From: Eledone cirrhosa
Taxonomy: Eukaryota
Assembly (NCBI GenBank): GCA_964016885.1
Contig: OZ024747.1
Coordinates: forward strand, 59,148,001-59,212,000
Reading direction: 5' to 3'
DNA: 64,000 nt
Shown: piece by piece, positions 1-14,390 of the stretch
Position numbering within the stretch: the stretch's first letter is position 1
Layout of the letters: every line of letters starts with the position of its first letter
Notes under the pieces: generated by a model
What the model was told of the DNA's origin: nothing
Databases searched by the model: none
The model's input: only the letters and a program-made list of their open reading frames with translations
Program-made: the position numbers and the translations under genes

Positions 1-295
1 AGTGGAATTTGGTGGGTATTGGAGACCCATTACAACTTCGGAGAGAACCAAGTGGTCAGTGGAATTTGGTGGGTATTGGAGACCCATTACAACTTCGGAA
101 ACAACCAAGTGGTCAGTGGAATTTTATGGGAATTTTAGACCTATTACAACCCTAGATAAAACCAAATTGTCCGTGGTATTTTGTGGTTATTGGTAGATCC
201 ATTACAACCACTGAGAATACCTATTAGCCAATGGGTTTTAGTGGGTATTGGTAGCCAACCCATTTCAACCTCAGAGATAACCAAATGATCAACGG
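1..295. repeat. ~57-bp minisatellite, about 5 progressively degenerating copies
   Basis: The unit agtggaatttggtgggtattggagacccattacaacttcgga...ccaagtggtc recurs at 1, 58 and 115, then decays. Confidence 0.85.
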
Positions 296-467
296 TATTG
301 TATGAGAGTAATTTACACTCAATGTTCAAATCTCAGTTAGTCTGATATTACAAATCCCTTCTTCGAAATTGCATGAAATATCGTAACAATCCTATACATA
401 CTTCGATAGAATTCACTTTTACTCTCATTCAACGTGTAATATTTTAAGATTCACTACCCCTAACGTG

Positions 468-635
468 GTGGATTAGCAGTATTCTGAGCTAAAACCCTGC
501 AGAGGTTAGCTTTCCTTTTCATCCTCTCGTGGTCCATAAAATAAAGCACCAGTGATACACTGGTGTCGATTTGGTCAATTTGCTCTCACAAAAAAAAAAA
601 AATTGTTGGCCTTGTGCCTGAATCCGAAACAAATA
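468..635 (+). mobile_element. SINE fragment (family A)
   Basis: Contains gaggttagctttccttttcatcc...ataaagcaccagt...ttggccttgtgcc, shared with the copies at 2463, 13749, 33560 and 53221. Confidence 0.7.
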
Positions 636-829
636 TTTACTAACCTCTGATTGTTCAGTTGAATGGCCTTAGATGTGGAAACTGTTGTAGTTGAATCTGT
701 CTTTAAAATGTCTGCAGTTGAATGTGATTTGATTTTATAATAAATTTGACTTTCTACATCCACTAATGAGTCGTCATTCCGTTAGTAAATATTTGCAATA
801 ATACATCACAGAACAACTGTAGCATTAAC

Positions 830-1745
<916 letters not shown>

Positions 1746-2084
1746 ACAAATACGCAGCGTTGGCAAAGTTATTGCCTTAACTTCAATCATTTATTCATGT
1801 GATAAATAAATAACATTAGAAATTAGAAAATTAAAAAAATATATATATTATTCAGATACATATAAATAAAATAAAAGATAGTTGATTTTTGTAACTAATT
1901 AATTGGTAATTAGTTGGTCTAACGTTCTAGTTTCTATGACCTCTGGTAAAACAATGGGTCAGAGAAGCAATTAGACTGTTGTGCTTGTTTACTGGAATTT
2001 CACGGAGGAATAGTTTCATAATTTTCTTCCACTTCACCTTCCCCTTCCTCTTCCCTCTTCCTCACCCTCACTGTCAGTCTCAAC

Positions 2085-2090
2085 ATGATT

Positions 2091-2132
<42 letters not shown>

Positions 2133-2233
2133 GGGAGGAGGAGGAGGAGAGGGATTATCGTTATCATCATCATCATCATCGTTATCATCATTCTCCACCG
2201 TCATCAATACCATCAGCTATCAGCATCATTATT

Positions 2234-2289
<56 letters not shown>

Positions 2290-2918
2290 TATGCTCATCC
2301 TCACCAATGCCACCATCAGTACTCTCATCTTCATCATCATCATCATCATCATCATCGTTATCATCATCATCATCGTCATCGTCGTCATCATCATCATCAT
2401 CATCGTTATTATCATTCTCAACACAACCATCAATACCATCATCATCATCATCATCATCATCATAATAATAATTGTTTCTACGTTAGGCACAAGGCCAGCA
2501 ATTACCCAGAGTGCATTACTGGTACTTTATTTTATCGTCCCCCGTAAAGGATGAAAGGCAAAGTCAACCTCGGCGGGATTTGAACTCAGACCGTAAAGGG
2601 CCGTAACTCGGATGCAAAGCATGGCGTCCGACCCTCTACCGATACTGCCAATCCACCCATCATTCTTACCACCGCCTTCAATACCATCAACATCATCATT
2701 ATCATCGTTGTGAACACCATCATCATCAACATCATCATTATCATCATCATCATTAACATCATCATCATCAACATCATCATTATCATCATCATCATTAACA
2801 TCATCATCATCAACATCATCATTAACATCATCATCACTAACATCATCATCATCATCATTATCATTATAATCATTATCATCATCACCTTGATCATTATCAT
2901 CTTCATCATCATCATCAA

Positions 2919-2952
<34 letters not shown>

Positions 2953-2960
2953 TTCATCAA

Positions 2961-2993
<33 letters not shown>

Positions 2994-3030
2994 TAACATC
3001 ATCATCATCATCATCATCATTATCATTATA

Positions 3031-3086
<56 letters not shown>

Positions 3087-3240
3087 TATCAACTTTATCA
3101 TCATTATCGTCGTCATCATCATCATTATCAGTATCACCCCTATGTCACGTAATTTCGAAACCTCTGATATGGAAGAGAAGCAAGGAAGGAAGGAAGGAAG
3201 GAAGGAAGGAAGGAAGGAAGGAAGGAAGGAAGGAAGGAAG
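2085..3240. repeat. (GAT)n/(ATC)n and (GGAA)n simple repeats surrounding a SINE
   Basis: Seen directly. Confidence 0.9.
2463..2658 (-). mobile_element. tRNA-derived SINE (family A), near full length
   Basis: The reverse complement matches 13749-13943. It has an A-box-like tggcagtatcggtag, a B-box-like gagttcaaatccc, a central gccgaggttgactttgcctttcatcc...aaagtaccag block and an (ATT)n tail. Confidence 0.85.
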
Positions 3241-3246
3241 GAATGG

Positions 3247-3600
3247 GGACCTCCGTCGGTTTCGACGATGAGCGTTCCAGTTGTTTGATCTACAGAATAG
3301 CCCACGCGTAAAATGAACGTGAAAGTGTCTGAGCATTTTCTAGAGGTGTGTACAATTGACATACTTCTGAGGGAGATTCAATGGAATATGGTGCATGTCA
3401 AAGAAGGCTGAGCATTTGAAATGCAGGTACATTGCATCCGACGATTTTCAAAACAGTTTCACTCTATCCAAACACCTTCACGAGTCTTGGGTGGCAGCGA
3501 GCGAGGCTCGGGTAAATAAGTGCCCAATATGTAATGCAGTGGGTTCGAACCTGGACGCTTATATTAGCGGAGTGAGTTTATTAACCATTCGTTCTTGCTA
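3247..3600 (-). mobile_element. Degenerate SINE (family B body with tRNA-like head remnant)
   Basis: ggacctccgtcggtttcgacga...acagaatag recurs at 52661-52765. A B-box-like gggttcgaacc lies near 3541. Confidence 0.55.
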
Positions 3601-3728
3601 CGGACACAATCCTCCGCTATCAACAACAAAAATTGTTTAGTAAACACAGAAACGAACAACAATTTATCATTAAGTCAATGATTCATAAAGAATTTATGCA
3701 GAAGTTCTTTCTCTTAAACATTTCAGCA

Positions 3729-3766
<38 letters not shown>

Positions 3767-3833
3767 AAATAAACGATATATATATAAATATAAAATTCAA
3801 GAAAACGACAAAACCGAGGTACAAATATACATA

Positions 3834-3947
<114 letters not shown>

Positions 3948-4279
3948 AATATTTCCAACAGTTTACAAGTTTCCAGAATCATCATAAAAATATGTCAAAG
4001 AAAACTATATATACAGTTAAATAAGTAATGAAGAATAGTCGCCGTTTTAATGATTATATATAAAACGAAAATAAACCGATCTCTGATAACATACCTTCTC
4101 GTGAATAAAGTATAAATGTTATTGGAAGAGTAATCGTATAATTTGTACGGTTTTCTGTTATTCTTTCATAGCGAAAGAAACACGTAAACATTCATTATAA
4201 TGACAAAAATCTTTAAATATGTACAAAATATTGTTTTAGGAGCATAAAATCTTAAGACCAGAGTGTACGTATATATATA

Positions 4280-4330
<51 letters not shown>

Positions 4331-4427
4331 GTATGTACACACACACACACACACACACATACACACATATATATAATTCAAAAAGTTTTATTAGTTTCAC
4401 ACTTTATATGGAAAAGGGAAAAGAAAA

Positions 4428-4463
4428 TTCGACGTGTCGGTCTGGAACCCTTCTTCAGGAGTA
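4428..4463 (-). ncRNA. Degenerate minimal hammerhead ribozyme (GAAA mutated to GACA)
   Basis: The minus strand reads ctc-CTGAAGA-agggttccagacc-GACA-cg-TC-gaa. It is followed by a tail ending gtgaaactaataaa and is flanked by (TA)n. Confidence 0.55.
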
Positions 4464-4477
4464 CAAAAATAGAGACA

Positions 4478-4523
<46 letters not shown>

Positions 4524-4912
4524 CGTTTCTGAATTTGTTTAGCAAGATTCTTTATCTGAAAACGTGTGTTGAAACCGATATTGTTATACTTTGGGAAGGG
4601 TCATGTTGCCAATAAGAAACACACGCACCAGTTGCTTTCACTTCAATTTATTATAATAAATTTATAAATTTAGGAATTTATAAATTTCCGGTTGGTTCCA
4701 CAACCAGATGATTGTTTGTATATTGTCAAAGTTCTTTCGTCACACATTCTGTGACCTCTTCAGTGACTGGGGATTCTTTTCTTTGTTTTTGTGCCTCTCC
4801 TTTGTTCTGTCCTACGCCATCTTGTTTGTGTGTGTGTGTGTTGTATATATCTATGTATATATATATATATGAGAAAAAAAACAAGATTTCGCTTCAAGCA
4901 GAGCTTTATTCG

Positions 4913-5246
4913 AATATGTATAGAAATTTCGTATTTCTAAAGAAACACGGTTTTAGGAAGCCGTAGCTATGCAAACACCGGGGATAATGCCCTCTGGTGG
5001 TGTCCAGCAGAAGCAAGGAGGACAACTGTCTATGCATGTCAGGCTTGACTAGCCATCGCTTGCGACTGCTGTGCGCAAGCGGTGGGAGGGACCGTCCTGA
5101 AGAAGGCCAGTCAAGCCTGAAATGCATAGACGGTTGTCCTCCTTGCTTCTGCTGGACACCACCAGAGGGCGTTAGCCCCGGTGTTTGCATAGCTACGGCT
5201 TCCTAAAACCGTGTTTCTTTAGAAATACGAAATTTCTATACATATT
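4913..5246. mobile_element. Fold-back element (~140-bp inverted arms) containing an HHR, between (TA)n tracts
   Basis: 4913-5054 is the near-perfect reverse complement of 5105-5246. Confidence 0.9.
5091..5134 (+). ncRNA. Minimal type-I hammerhead ribozyme with intact core
   Basis: ACCGTC-CTGAAGA-AGGC(cagtcaa)GCCT-GAAA-TGCA-TA-GACGGT. Helices I and II are perfect, helix III is palindromic (ATGCAT), and the predicted cleavage follows AUA at 5128. Confidence 0.9.
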
Positions 5247-5256
5247 TGTATATATA

Positions 5257-5327
<71 letters not shown>

Positions 5328-5409
5328 TAGAGCAAACATCACGGGCGCTCTATCTCAAAATTATTTTTGAAAAGTATTAGAAATGCGCAACCGGTAAAAA
5401 CTTAAAACC

Positions 5410-5602
5410 AAAACTGAATACTAACCAATACTTATTACTAATTTTTACTTATTCCTAATTAAACTATTTTTCACTGGGAACAATTTGTCAGCATTTACTT
5501 TTCCTTTTACCAATATATATATATATATATTGGTATAGTGAAAAATAGTTTAATTAGGAATAAGTTAAAATTAGTAATAATTATTGGTTAGTATTCAGTT
5601 TT
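5410..5602. repeat. Inverted repeat with ~65-bp arms and an inner TA hairpin
   Basis: aaactgaatactaaccaata...ctatttttcact versus agtgaaaaatag...tattggttagtattcagttt. Confidence 0.8.
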
Positions 5603-5839
5603 ATATATATATAGTTCAAGATTAAAAAAGACAAACACAGAAATACGACCACTGAGGATCGATATAAATACCTATATCTTTTTTTTAAATATATGTACCT
5701 TGTCAGGGCAGTGGATCGCAAAATCGGTAGATTCTTGGAAGAAATGCTTTGCGCTATTTCTTCCGCTGAAATCAACTCTGCTTCCAAATAAAGTACTAGT
5801 CATGTACTGGGGTAAAATTTAATCAACTCTCTCTCTCTC

Positions 5840-5877
<38 letters not shown>

Positions 5878-5878
5878 G

Positions 5879-5919
<41 letters not shown>

Positions 5920-6149
5920 ATATTATAGTCATGAGTGTACTGCTCCAGGATGGCCGCTGTCTTAAACTAAAACAAGTAAAAATATAAAAACAATTCTTAT
6001 CCAGCAATACTAGCACCATTCATAGTACCACGACCCGCAGTAACACCACCAACTCTATAACCAGCAGCTCGGCAAACAATACTGCCGCCGGCACCACCAC
6101 CACCACCACCATCAACAACACCACCACCGCCACCGCCGCCACCGCTAAT

Positions 6150-6500
6150 ATAACCAAACCAATGTCAGTAATATTCCCTCTTCTACCACCACCACTACCA
6201 TCACTACCATCACAAATACTAGGAATATTGCCATGACCACTATCACTACTTCTACCACCACCACTACCATCCCTACCATCACAAATACTAGGAATATTGC
6301 CATGACCACTATCCCTACTTCTACCACCACCACTACCACCACTACCATCACAAATACTAGGAATATTGCCATGACCACTATCCCTACTTCTACCACCACC
6401 ACTACCACCACTACCACCACCACCATCACAAATACTAGGAATATTGCCATGACCACTATCACTTCTTCTACCACCAATACTACCTCCACCTTCATCACTA
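6150..6500. repeat. ~60-70-bp (ACC/ACT)-derived tandem repeat, 4-5 copies
   Basis: caaatactaggaatattgccatgaccactatc is repeated. Confidence 0.85.
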
Positions 6501-6659
6501 ATACCATTGACATCACCACCCCTGCTACTATAACACACAACACTAACGTAACCATCACTACTGTCACCACCACTACTAGTACTACCAATATCATTTCATT
6601 ACCTCTATCACGATTGCTACAAACACTACCATAACCAATACCTTCAATACCACTACCAC

Positions 6660-7705
6660 CACTACCATCACCATCACCCTTACTACCACAACTTCAACCA
6701 ATACACAACGAACTATACCACCACTATGATCATTTCCCGCTCTAATACCATAAACTATACTAGTACCACTACTACCACTACTACCACCACTACCATAACA
6801 ATTATCCTTAGTACCACAACTTCAACCAATACACAACAAACTATACCACCACTATGAGAACTCCTACCACTACTACCACCACTACCATAACAATTATCCT
6901 TAGTACCACAACTTCAACCAATACACAACAAACTATACCACCACTATGAGAACTCCTACCACTACTACCACCACTACCATAACAATTATCCTTAGTACCA
7001 CAACTTCAACCAATACACAACAAACTATACCACCACTATGAGAACTCCTACCACTACTACCACCACTACCATAACAATTATCCTTAGTACCACAACTTCA
7101 ACCAATACACAACAAACTATACCACCACTATGAGAACTCCTACCACTACTACCACCACTACCATAACCATCACCCTTACTACCACAACTTCAACCAATAC
7201 ACAACAAACTATACCACCACTATGAGAACTCCTACCACTACTACCACCACTACCATAACAATTATCCTTAGTACCACAACTTCAACCAATACACAACAAA
7301 CTATACCACCACTATGAGAACTCCTACCACTACTACCACCACTACCATAACCATCACCCTTACTACCACAACTTCAACCAATACACAACAAACTATACCA
7401 CCACTATGAGAACTCCTACCACTACTACCACCACTACCATAACAATTATCCTTAGTACCACAACTTCAACCAATACACAACAAACTACACCACCACTATG
7501 AGAACTCCTACCACTACTACCACCACTACCATAACCATCACCCTTACTACCACAACTTCAACCAATACACAACAAACTATACCACCACTATGAGAACTCC
7601 TACCACTACTACCACCACTACCATAACCATCACCCTTACTACCACAACTTCAACCAATACACAACAAACTATACCACCACTATGAGAACTCCTACCACTA
7701 CTACC
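6660..7705. repeat. 92-bp minisatellite, about 11 copies
   Basis: The unit ...taccataacaattatccttagtaccacaacttcaaccaatacacaacaaactataccaccactatgagaactcc... recurs at 6791, 6883, 6975 and 7067 (period 92), in two variants. Confidence 0.9.
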
Positions 7706-8372
7706 TTTACAACCATTACCACTATGATCATCTCCACCACTAATACCACAAACTATACCAATACTACTACTATCACTACTACCACCACTACCACAACCAA
7801 TATACCAAACATGAGTGCCAACACTAAGTAACGCTACCAATACTAGTAAATTGATATCTTTACAAAAACCGTACAGGACTTAATACTAGTAAACTCCAGT
7901 GAAAAATCAATACTGATTAAATCTTGAATCCAGTATTGATACAGACCAAAGACCAAAGTGACCAACAGGAACTGACCAACTGTAAAATCCGAAAAACAAA
8001 GTTGCCACAAACGGACATAGGAGGATTAACTCTCACACTTGTCTTTCAGTTGTGATATTACAGATCTTATGGGAGGGGGGGTTGGGTGTCTGTTTATAAT
8101 CTCAAACTGTCCTTGATCCGAGTATTTATGATAGTGTGTGGTGAGTTCTGGGTTCAGTGAGTACTTAGGTCACCGAGTGCTGGACTCAATAGGTGTTGGA
8201 GGTCAGTAAATAATACGTGGCTGGAATGTTATTGTTGTTGCTGAGTTTTTTTGTTGTTGTTTTTTTTTTATTGGGGGGGGGGGGGGGGCTTTAGAAAAAG
8301 TACAGAAGTTACAAGGTCTTTTATTGCGGTGGAGTGCTTTACTATAAACTGCATTCAACAACGAAGCAGTAT

Positions 8373-8451
<79 letters not shown>

Positions 8452-8454
<3 letters not shown>

Positions 8455-8640
8455 CGAAGGAAATGTGGTAAGGAACCAGGTGGACCATAACGCACCAAAG
8501 TACTCAATGCTTAGGGTAGTAGAGTGGGTAATAGGAACAAGTAAGACCCCGATGGCTGAGCTCAAGCCTTTTCGACGGTAATTCTGGACTGAATTGGCCG
8601 TCGAAACGGCTTGAGCTCAGCCGTCGGGGTCTTACTTGTT

Positions 8641-8645
<5 letters not shown>
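8452..8645 (-). mobile_element. Hairpin-plus-tail element in (TA)n (family P1)
   Basis: Reverse complement of 22568-22765. The arms are ataggaacaag...tcgacgg and ccgtcgaaac...cttgttcctat, with an ~80-nt unpaired tail. Confidence 0.9.
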
Positions 8646-8677
<32 letters not shown>

Positions 8678-8678
<1 letters not shown>

Positions 8679-8751
8679 GTGGAAGGTAAGAGCACTCAGT
8701 CCAAGGGACGAGTTAGGTAGAAGTGGTTACACAACAGTTAGTGTGTAACCA

Positions 8752-8755
<4 letters not shown>
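8678..8755 (-). mobile_element. Short fold-back fragment of family P2
   Basis: Matches 43141-43215 in reverse, with the hairpin aagtggttacac/gtgtaaccactt. Flanked by TA. Confidence 0.75.
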
Positions 8756-8798
<43 letters not shown>

Positions 8799-8837
8799 GA
8801 TATTAAAAAATGGAAACTATATTTATAAAACCATATT

Positions 8838-8902
8838 TATTTCATTATACATATTTCAAGGACACCAAGTTAAATTATGGCGTGCTTTCATCAGATAAAA
8901 TA
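8838..8902 (-). ncRNA. Minimal hammerhead ribozyme (family P3)
   Basis: Minus strand: TATTTTAT-CTGATGA-AAGCACGCCA(loop)TGGTGTCCTT-GAAA-TATGTA-TA-ATGAAATA. Homologs at 22420 and 61368. Confidence 0.85.
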
Positions 8903-8980
8903 TAATATAGATCAGTTTTATAAATAAATATTGACATACCCTTAAAAAAATGCAACCATTACTGTTGGAAGCTCCCGGAT

Positions 8981-9057
<77 letters not shown>

Positions 9058-9152
9058 TGTGTGTGTGTGTATGTAAAAGGTAAACAGAAATAACAACACA
9101 ATCGGTACAGTATATGGAAGGTATATATTTGGTTAACGCTTGATATAGCAGG

Positions 9153-9223
<71 letters not shown>

Positions 9224-9372
9224 AGTGTGTGTGCGCGTGTGTGTGTATGTGTGTGTGTGCGCGCATGTGTGTGTGCGTGTATAGGGTAAAGATGTAGAAC
9301 TTTATTTGTATGACAATTGTAAATCATTAAACTAGGTTAAACTAGTTTAAACTGGTCGCTTTTATATATATA

Positions 9373-9439
<67 letters not shown>

Positions 9440-9864
9440 TATATGGGTCGGTGGCTGTGTGTGTGTGTGTGTGCATGTATGTATATATATCTATATATAA
9501 TATAAAAGAGAGATGTTTCTTGGTTGGTTGGTTGGTTGGTTTAATCACACGGAAATTACACACACACATCTACACACAAATACACACAGACACATACACA
9601 CATACACACACAAACACACATACGCACACAAACACACACACACATGTCTAAAGAGAGAGAGAGGCACACAGAGGGAGACGCAGAAAGAGAGAGAGAGAGG
9701 CCGTTGTACAGAGAGATACGATTAAAGTGTTAGATATTCATATATATATATATATAGTATTAAGGATACTATTTATGGTTATGTATATACTAAAACCTTT
9801 TATAGTTATATATATATTATACCCTAAATAGTAAAAGACAGTAATTTATTACTATCTTATTACA

Positions 9865-9899
9865 GGTGAGGCTCCCTGTAGTCTACAGGGAGCCTCACC
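9865..9899. repeat. Perfect 17-bp hairpin with a 1-nt loop
   Basis: GGTGAGGCTCCCTGTAG-T-CTACAGGGAGCCTCACC. Confidence 0.9.
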
Positions 9900-10245
9900 C
9901 CAGAAAGAATTGTATAGACTTCTGACTGAGGAATGCTCTCAGAACTGACCAATGGGAAGTTTGACACTTTTTTTGTTATTTTGTTCCTTTAACACCTTGT
10001 CCCTTCTACCATTTTATCAATTTTTTAAGCTAACTCCAACAATAACAACACTTAGAATGAGGAATGTTCTAATAACTGACCAATGAGAGGAGAAGAGGAC
10101 CTTTGACACTGAAATTCGTTTGTTTGAATTCATATGATTCCAGTTCCTCAGTGAAATAACAACCCAACCAGGAACTGGGCATATCAGAGTATTGACAATA
10201 TTATACACCTCAACATATGTACTTGTCTATACCACACTAATTCAA

Positions 10246-10300
10246 ACTGCCTGAAGAGGTCACAGCCAAAGATGGCTGTCACTGAAATATATATAGCAGT
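10246..10300 (+). ncRNA. Minimal hammerhead ribozyme with intact core
   Basis: ACTGC-CTGAAGA-GGTCACAGCCA(aaga)TGGCTGTCACT-GAAA-TATATA-TA-GCAGT, immediately followed by AATAAA. It lies in a ~700-bp TA-flanked segment (9755-10450). Confidence 0.9.
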
Positions 10301-10447
10301 AATAAACGAAGGTAAATTTTAATCATTTGACTTTTTATTTAACTTTATTTTACACTACTCCGGAGTAACCAAACCAACCTGCGCACTTCGTCGAGTGCTC
10401 CAGCCTGCACACTGAGGTGTTGGTATACAACCAACATAAACTCAAAA

Positions 10448-10584
<137 letters not shown>

Positions 10585-11149
10585 TGTCAACGAACGCTGG
10601 AGTACACACACATCTATATATATATATACTGTATATGTTAGCAGATGTCTGTGTATTTGTATATCTGTGTATAATGCTCTTTACTTCTCCTCCCTCATCT
10701 CCTCATTCGTCACAACGTTTTTGATAGTGGGGAGAAATGTAAATAGTGTGAGTGTGGGAGTGAGTTAGAAAGAGAGAGAAAGAGAGTGAAAGAAACAGAC
10801 AGGCTAAAAGAGAGGAAGTGTTACAGAGGGTGTGAGCGAGAGAAACACAGAATGAGAAAAAGACAGAGAGAAGAGAGAAAGAAACACAGAGTGAGAACAA
10901 GTTTCTATAGAAGAAGTTGAAAGAGAGGAGATAGGGAGGGAGAGAGAGAGAAAGAGAGAGAGACGCTGTGTGTTTCATACTGTATGTATGTTCTATAGGA
11001 GAAGGTGAAAGAAAGCCTGCACAAAAAGAGGGGGATACCGGAGGAGAGAGAGAGAGAGAGAGAGAGAGACGCTGTATTTGATACTGTATGTATATGTGTC
11101 AGTGTAGATACATGTGTGTGATACATGTGTGTGTGATGTTCTCACTCTC

Positions 11150-12760
11150 TACAAGAGGAGACGGAGTAGACGTAGATAATCAGTATTCTATAGTGCAGCA
11201 AAGCCGAGTACAGTCATCCAGAGCAAGGTCACTAGAGAACCCCTGTACAACGACAGCAAAGACATGAAAACGACCGGAGAGCTGCTGCACGCAGGGCCAA
11301 TGAGTTACAAGAGGCAAGGGAAAAACAGTTAGAACAATTACGTCACCAAAATGTAATCCGCAGCAGCCAAGAGTCAAAAAAGGAAAGAGAAAAACGTTTT
11401 AAGGATGCAAGACAAAGACAAGCTGCTAGAGTTGTGAATTAGACAATAAGTCAGCGAGAGATTAGACAAAGATAAAAACAGGAGCAAACAGTTGCTGCAA
11501 GACTTCGCCAATCCTCAGTGTCTTGATCAAGATAGGCTGAATACGTTTGACAAAAGAGTTGCACTTTTCAGGGGGACTTGGAAAAGATCAACTTTCAACT
11601 ATGACCCAAAACATGATTATTCTACAGAGAAATTGATTGATATTGGAGCAATGTCAAAAGAGTGCAATTTTTGTAAAGGAAAGAATTGGGAAAGAGAAAC
11701 CAACACTATATGTTTTGGTGGAGGAACGGTTGTTTTACTGACGTTTGGTACACTCCCAGATACTTTGAAGGAATTGCTTTTGGGAAACATACCAAGGAGC
11801 ATGCACTTCTTGAAAAACATTAGGAATTATAATTCTGCTTTCCAAATGGCCTCCTTTGGAAGCAATATTATATGAGAAGGGAACATGAAGCCAACTTTTA
11901 AAGTTCAAGGACAAGTATACCATCGTATTGGATCTTTGTTGCCAACAGAAGGCAAAAATCCTCAGTTTTACAGCTATATTTTGTGGCAAATTACAAGGAG
12001 CGGGTTTTGCAACTGTCATTTAACCTTTCAAATTTGAAAGAAAAGTTAATCTTTGATCTGCAAGATATGTTGCATGCAAACAATAGCTACATCAGAAGCT
12101 TCAAGTATGCATTATCATTTTCACCACCCACTGAATACAAGATAGTTATTGATGCAGACAAAAAGCCTGTTGCTGAACACAGAGGCCGCTACAATGCCCC
12201 TGCCGCAAGTAGCAGCAATTATTACAGGCGAGGAGTATGGGAAGAGAGATATTATTATTATTCGAGGAAGAGGAAATAAGATGCAGCGGATAAATGCAAC
12301 CCACCGATCATATAATGCACTCTAGAATCCATTAATCTCTGCATTTGGCCAAGATGGATATCACTTTAGTATTTTAAAAAAACAGATCTTGAAACAAGAG
12401 CTCCTACACTGACAAAAACAGTAAGCTGCATGAAATTCTATGCTTACCTTTTCATGTTAAAAGAGCAAGACTTGAATATTTTTCATCGTTCAGATGAGCT
12501 CTTCCAGCAATTTACAGTTGATATGTATGCAAAAATTGAATGAGAAAGGCTGCTTTACATCAGAACACATCAGAAAGATCTCCGTACATCAGATTACATT
12601 CACCTGGGAGATGGGATTAGTAATGAAGGAGCATTAGTTGCTGATAACATTGGACAGCTTTGTGTTATTCTTCCATCAAGCTTTACAGGAAGTCCACAGT
12701 ATATAGATGAGTGTACCCAAGATACACTTACCTATATCAGATACTATGGTCGTCCAGACC
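11150..12760 (+). pseudogene. Helitron Rep/helicase N-terminal remnant with stops and frameshifts
   Basis: Motifs ECNFCK..ICFGG, FLKNIRNYNSAFQMASFG, FKVQGQVYHRIGSLLP, EHRGRYNAP, FQQFTVDMYAKIE and ILPSSFTGSP..YGRPD are typical of Helitron RepHel. Confidence 0.9.
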
Positions 12761-12944
12761 ATTACATATATATTCGTTGCTTTGGTCCCTGCGGCTGGCT
12801 TACCGGTCGCAATCTTCAATTTGCAAAGCTGTCTAAACGTAATGTTATTAAGGTAAAATACCTTATTGAGTGCTTAGCTACACATTCCGATTGCATACGT
12901 TAGCTTAGCTGCAGCCAGAGCTTCGATTATGCTGAACTTCCATT

Positions 12945-12986
<42 letters not shown>

Positions 12987-12991
<5 letters not shown>

Positions 12992-13015
12992 GCAGAGGCA
13001 GCGTTGCCCGGGAAT
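12987..13015 (-). mobile_element. Possible Helitron 3' terminus remnant
   Basis: The minus strand reads cccgggcaacgctgcctctgctacta, resembling the degraded subterminal hairpin and CTAG end of Helitrons. Confidence 0.35.
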
Positions 13016-13289
13016 GAAATTGTTCCTTATATATTAGAAGAAAAAAGCAAAATATGGTGTATAGAAATTTGTTATTCTAAATTCGTTTCTTCAATTGGGA
13101 TACATGATGAAATCAATTCTATATCTGTAAGTATATATATATATATATACACACGCACAAACCCTTCCTATTTAGCAAGAAATATGATACATATGACTTA
13201 ATATTCAGTCACCAAATTCGAGTTAGATACAGTAATGCTGTATTCGATTTTTGAAATCACCCGTTATAATTTCGTTCAACAACACCATC

Positions 13290-13360
<71 letters not shown>

Positions 13361-13391
13361 TCACTCTCTCTCTCTCTCACTCGGTCTCGCG

Positions 13392-13448
<57 letters not shown>

Positions 13449-13748
13449 GCTCTCTCTCTCTCTCTCTATGTCTCTCTTTCAGTCTACTCTCTCACAACCA
13501 CTATCTTTTTCTCTATGTTTCTCTCTCTATTTATGAAGATACCCGTTTTGGTTGTATTAAATTACAGACAAGCACACAATCGCAGAGTTTTAGTAGTATA
13601 TGGATAGACCATTTATTACTCAATCGTTTTTAGTGCATCCTTTTTCTGTTATATGTCATATCTAAGTTTTACCCTCAGGTTTTCATTCTTATATTGTTTC
13701 TATTTATGATTCCATGTCGTTTGTTGGTTACGTTATTTTATGATTTTT

Positions 13749-13943
13749 AGGCGGTGGATTGGCAGTATCGGTAGAGGGTCGGACGCCATGCTTTGCAGCA
13801 AAGAGTTACGGCCCTTTACGGACTGAGTTAAAATCCTGCCGAGGTTAACTTTGCCTTTCATCCTTACGGGGTCGATAAAATAAAGTACCAGTAATGCACT
13901 GGGTAATTGCTGGCCTTGTGCCAAAAAGTAGAAACAATTATTT
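13749..13943 (+). mobile_element. tRNA-derived SINE (family A), near full length
   Basis: ggcggtggattggcagtatcggtagag...gagttaaaatcc...ctttgcctttcatcc...aaagtaccagt...ggccttgtgccaaaagtagaaac. Confidence 0.85.
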
Positions 13944-14247
13944 TTATGATTTTTTTTTTATTTTATTACAATTTACCTCTTCATTTATCTTAGGTTTATT
14001 TTTGTGTTTTTTTTAATGTTTATATATAAGGTATTAAACGTATTTCTTTAAATGTTGACCTCACAACCAAATGCTATTATTGTCCAGTAGTAAATCTTAG
14101 ATATAATGTACAACCTATACACCATTTCACTGAGACACCACGCTTTTTTTTTTTTCTTTTATTCACTTTCTTTTTATTTTCACCCACTTTCCCCTTTGCT
14201 TCTCCCTTACGCCATTTAATCATTTTTCACTTTTTTACTTTCATGTC

Positions 14248-14300
<53 letters not shown>

Positions 14301-14306
14301 ACAAAA

Positions 14307-14390
<84 letters not shown>

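Noticed and set aside
3955-3992. Minus-strand ATGATGA-ttctg-GAAA-cttg-TA
   Set aside because: The core is mutated and helix II is absent. It may be a decayed HHR but cannot be supported.
5646-5700. CTGAGGA followed by a gatata/tatatc stem
   Set aside because: It lacks GAAA and a helix I partner.
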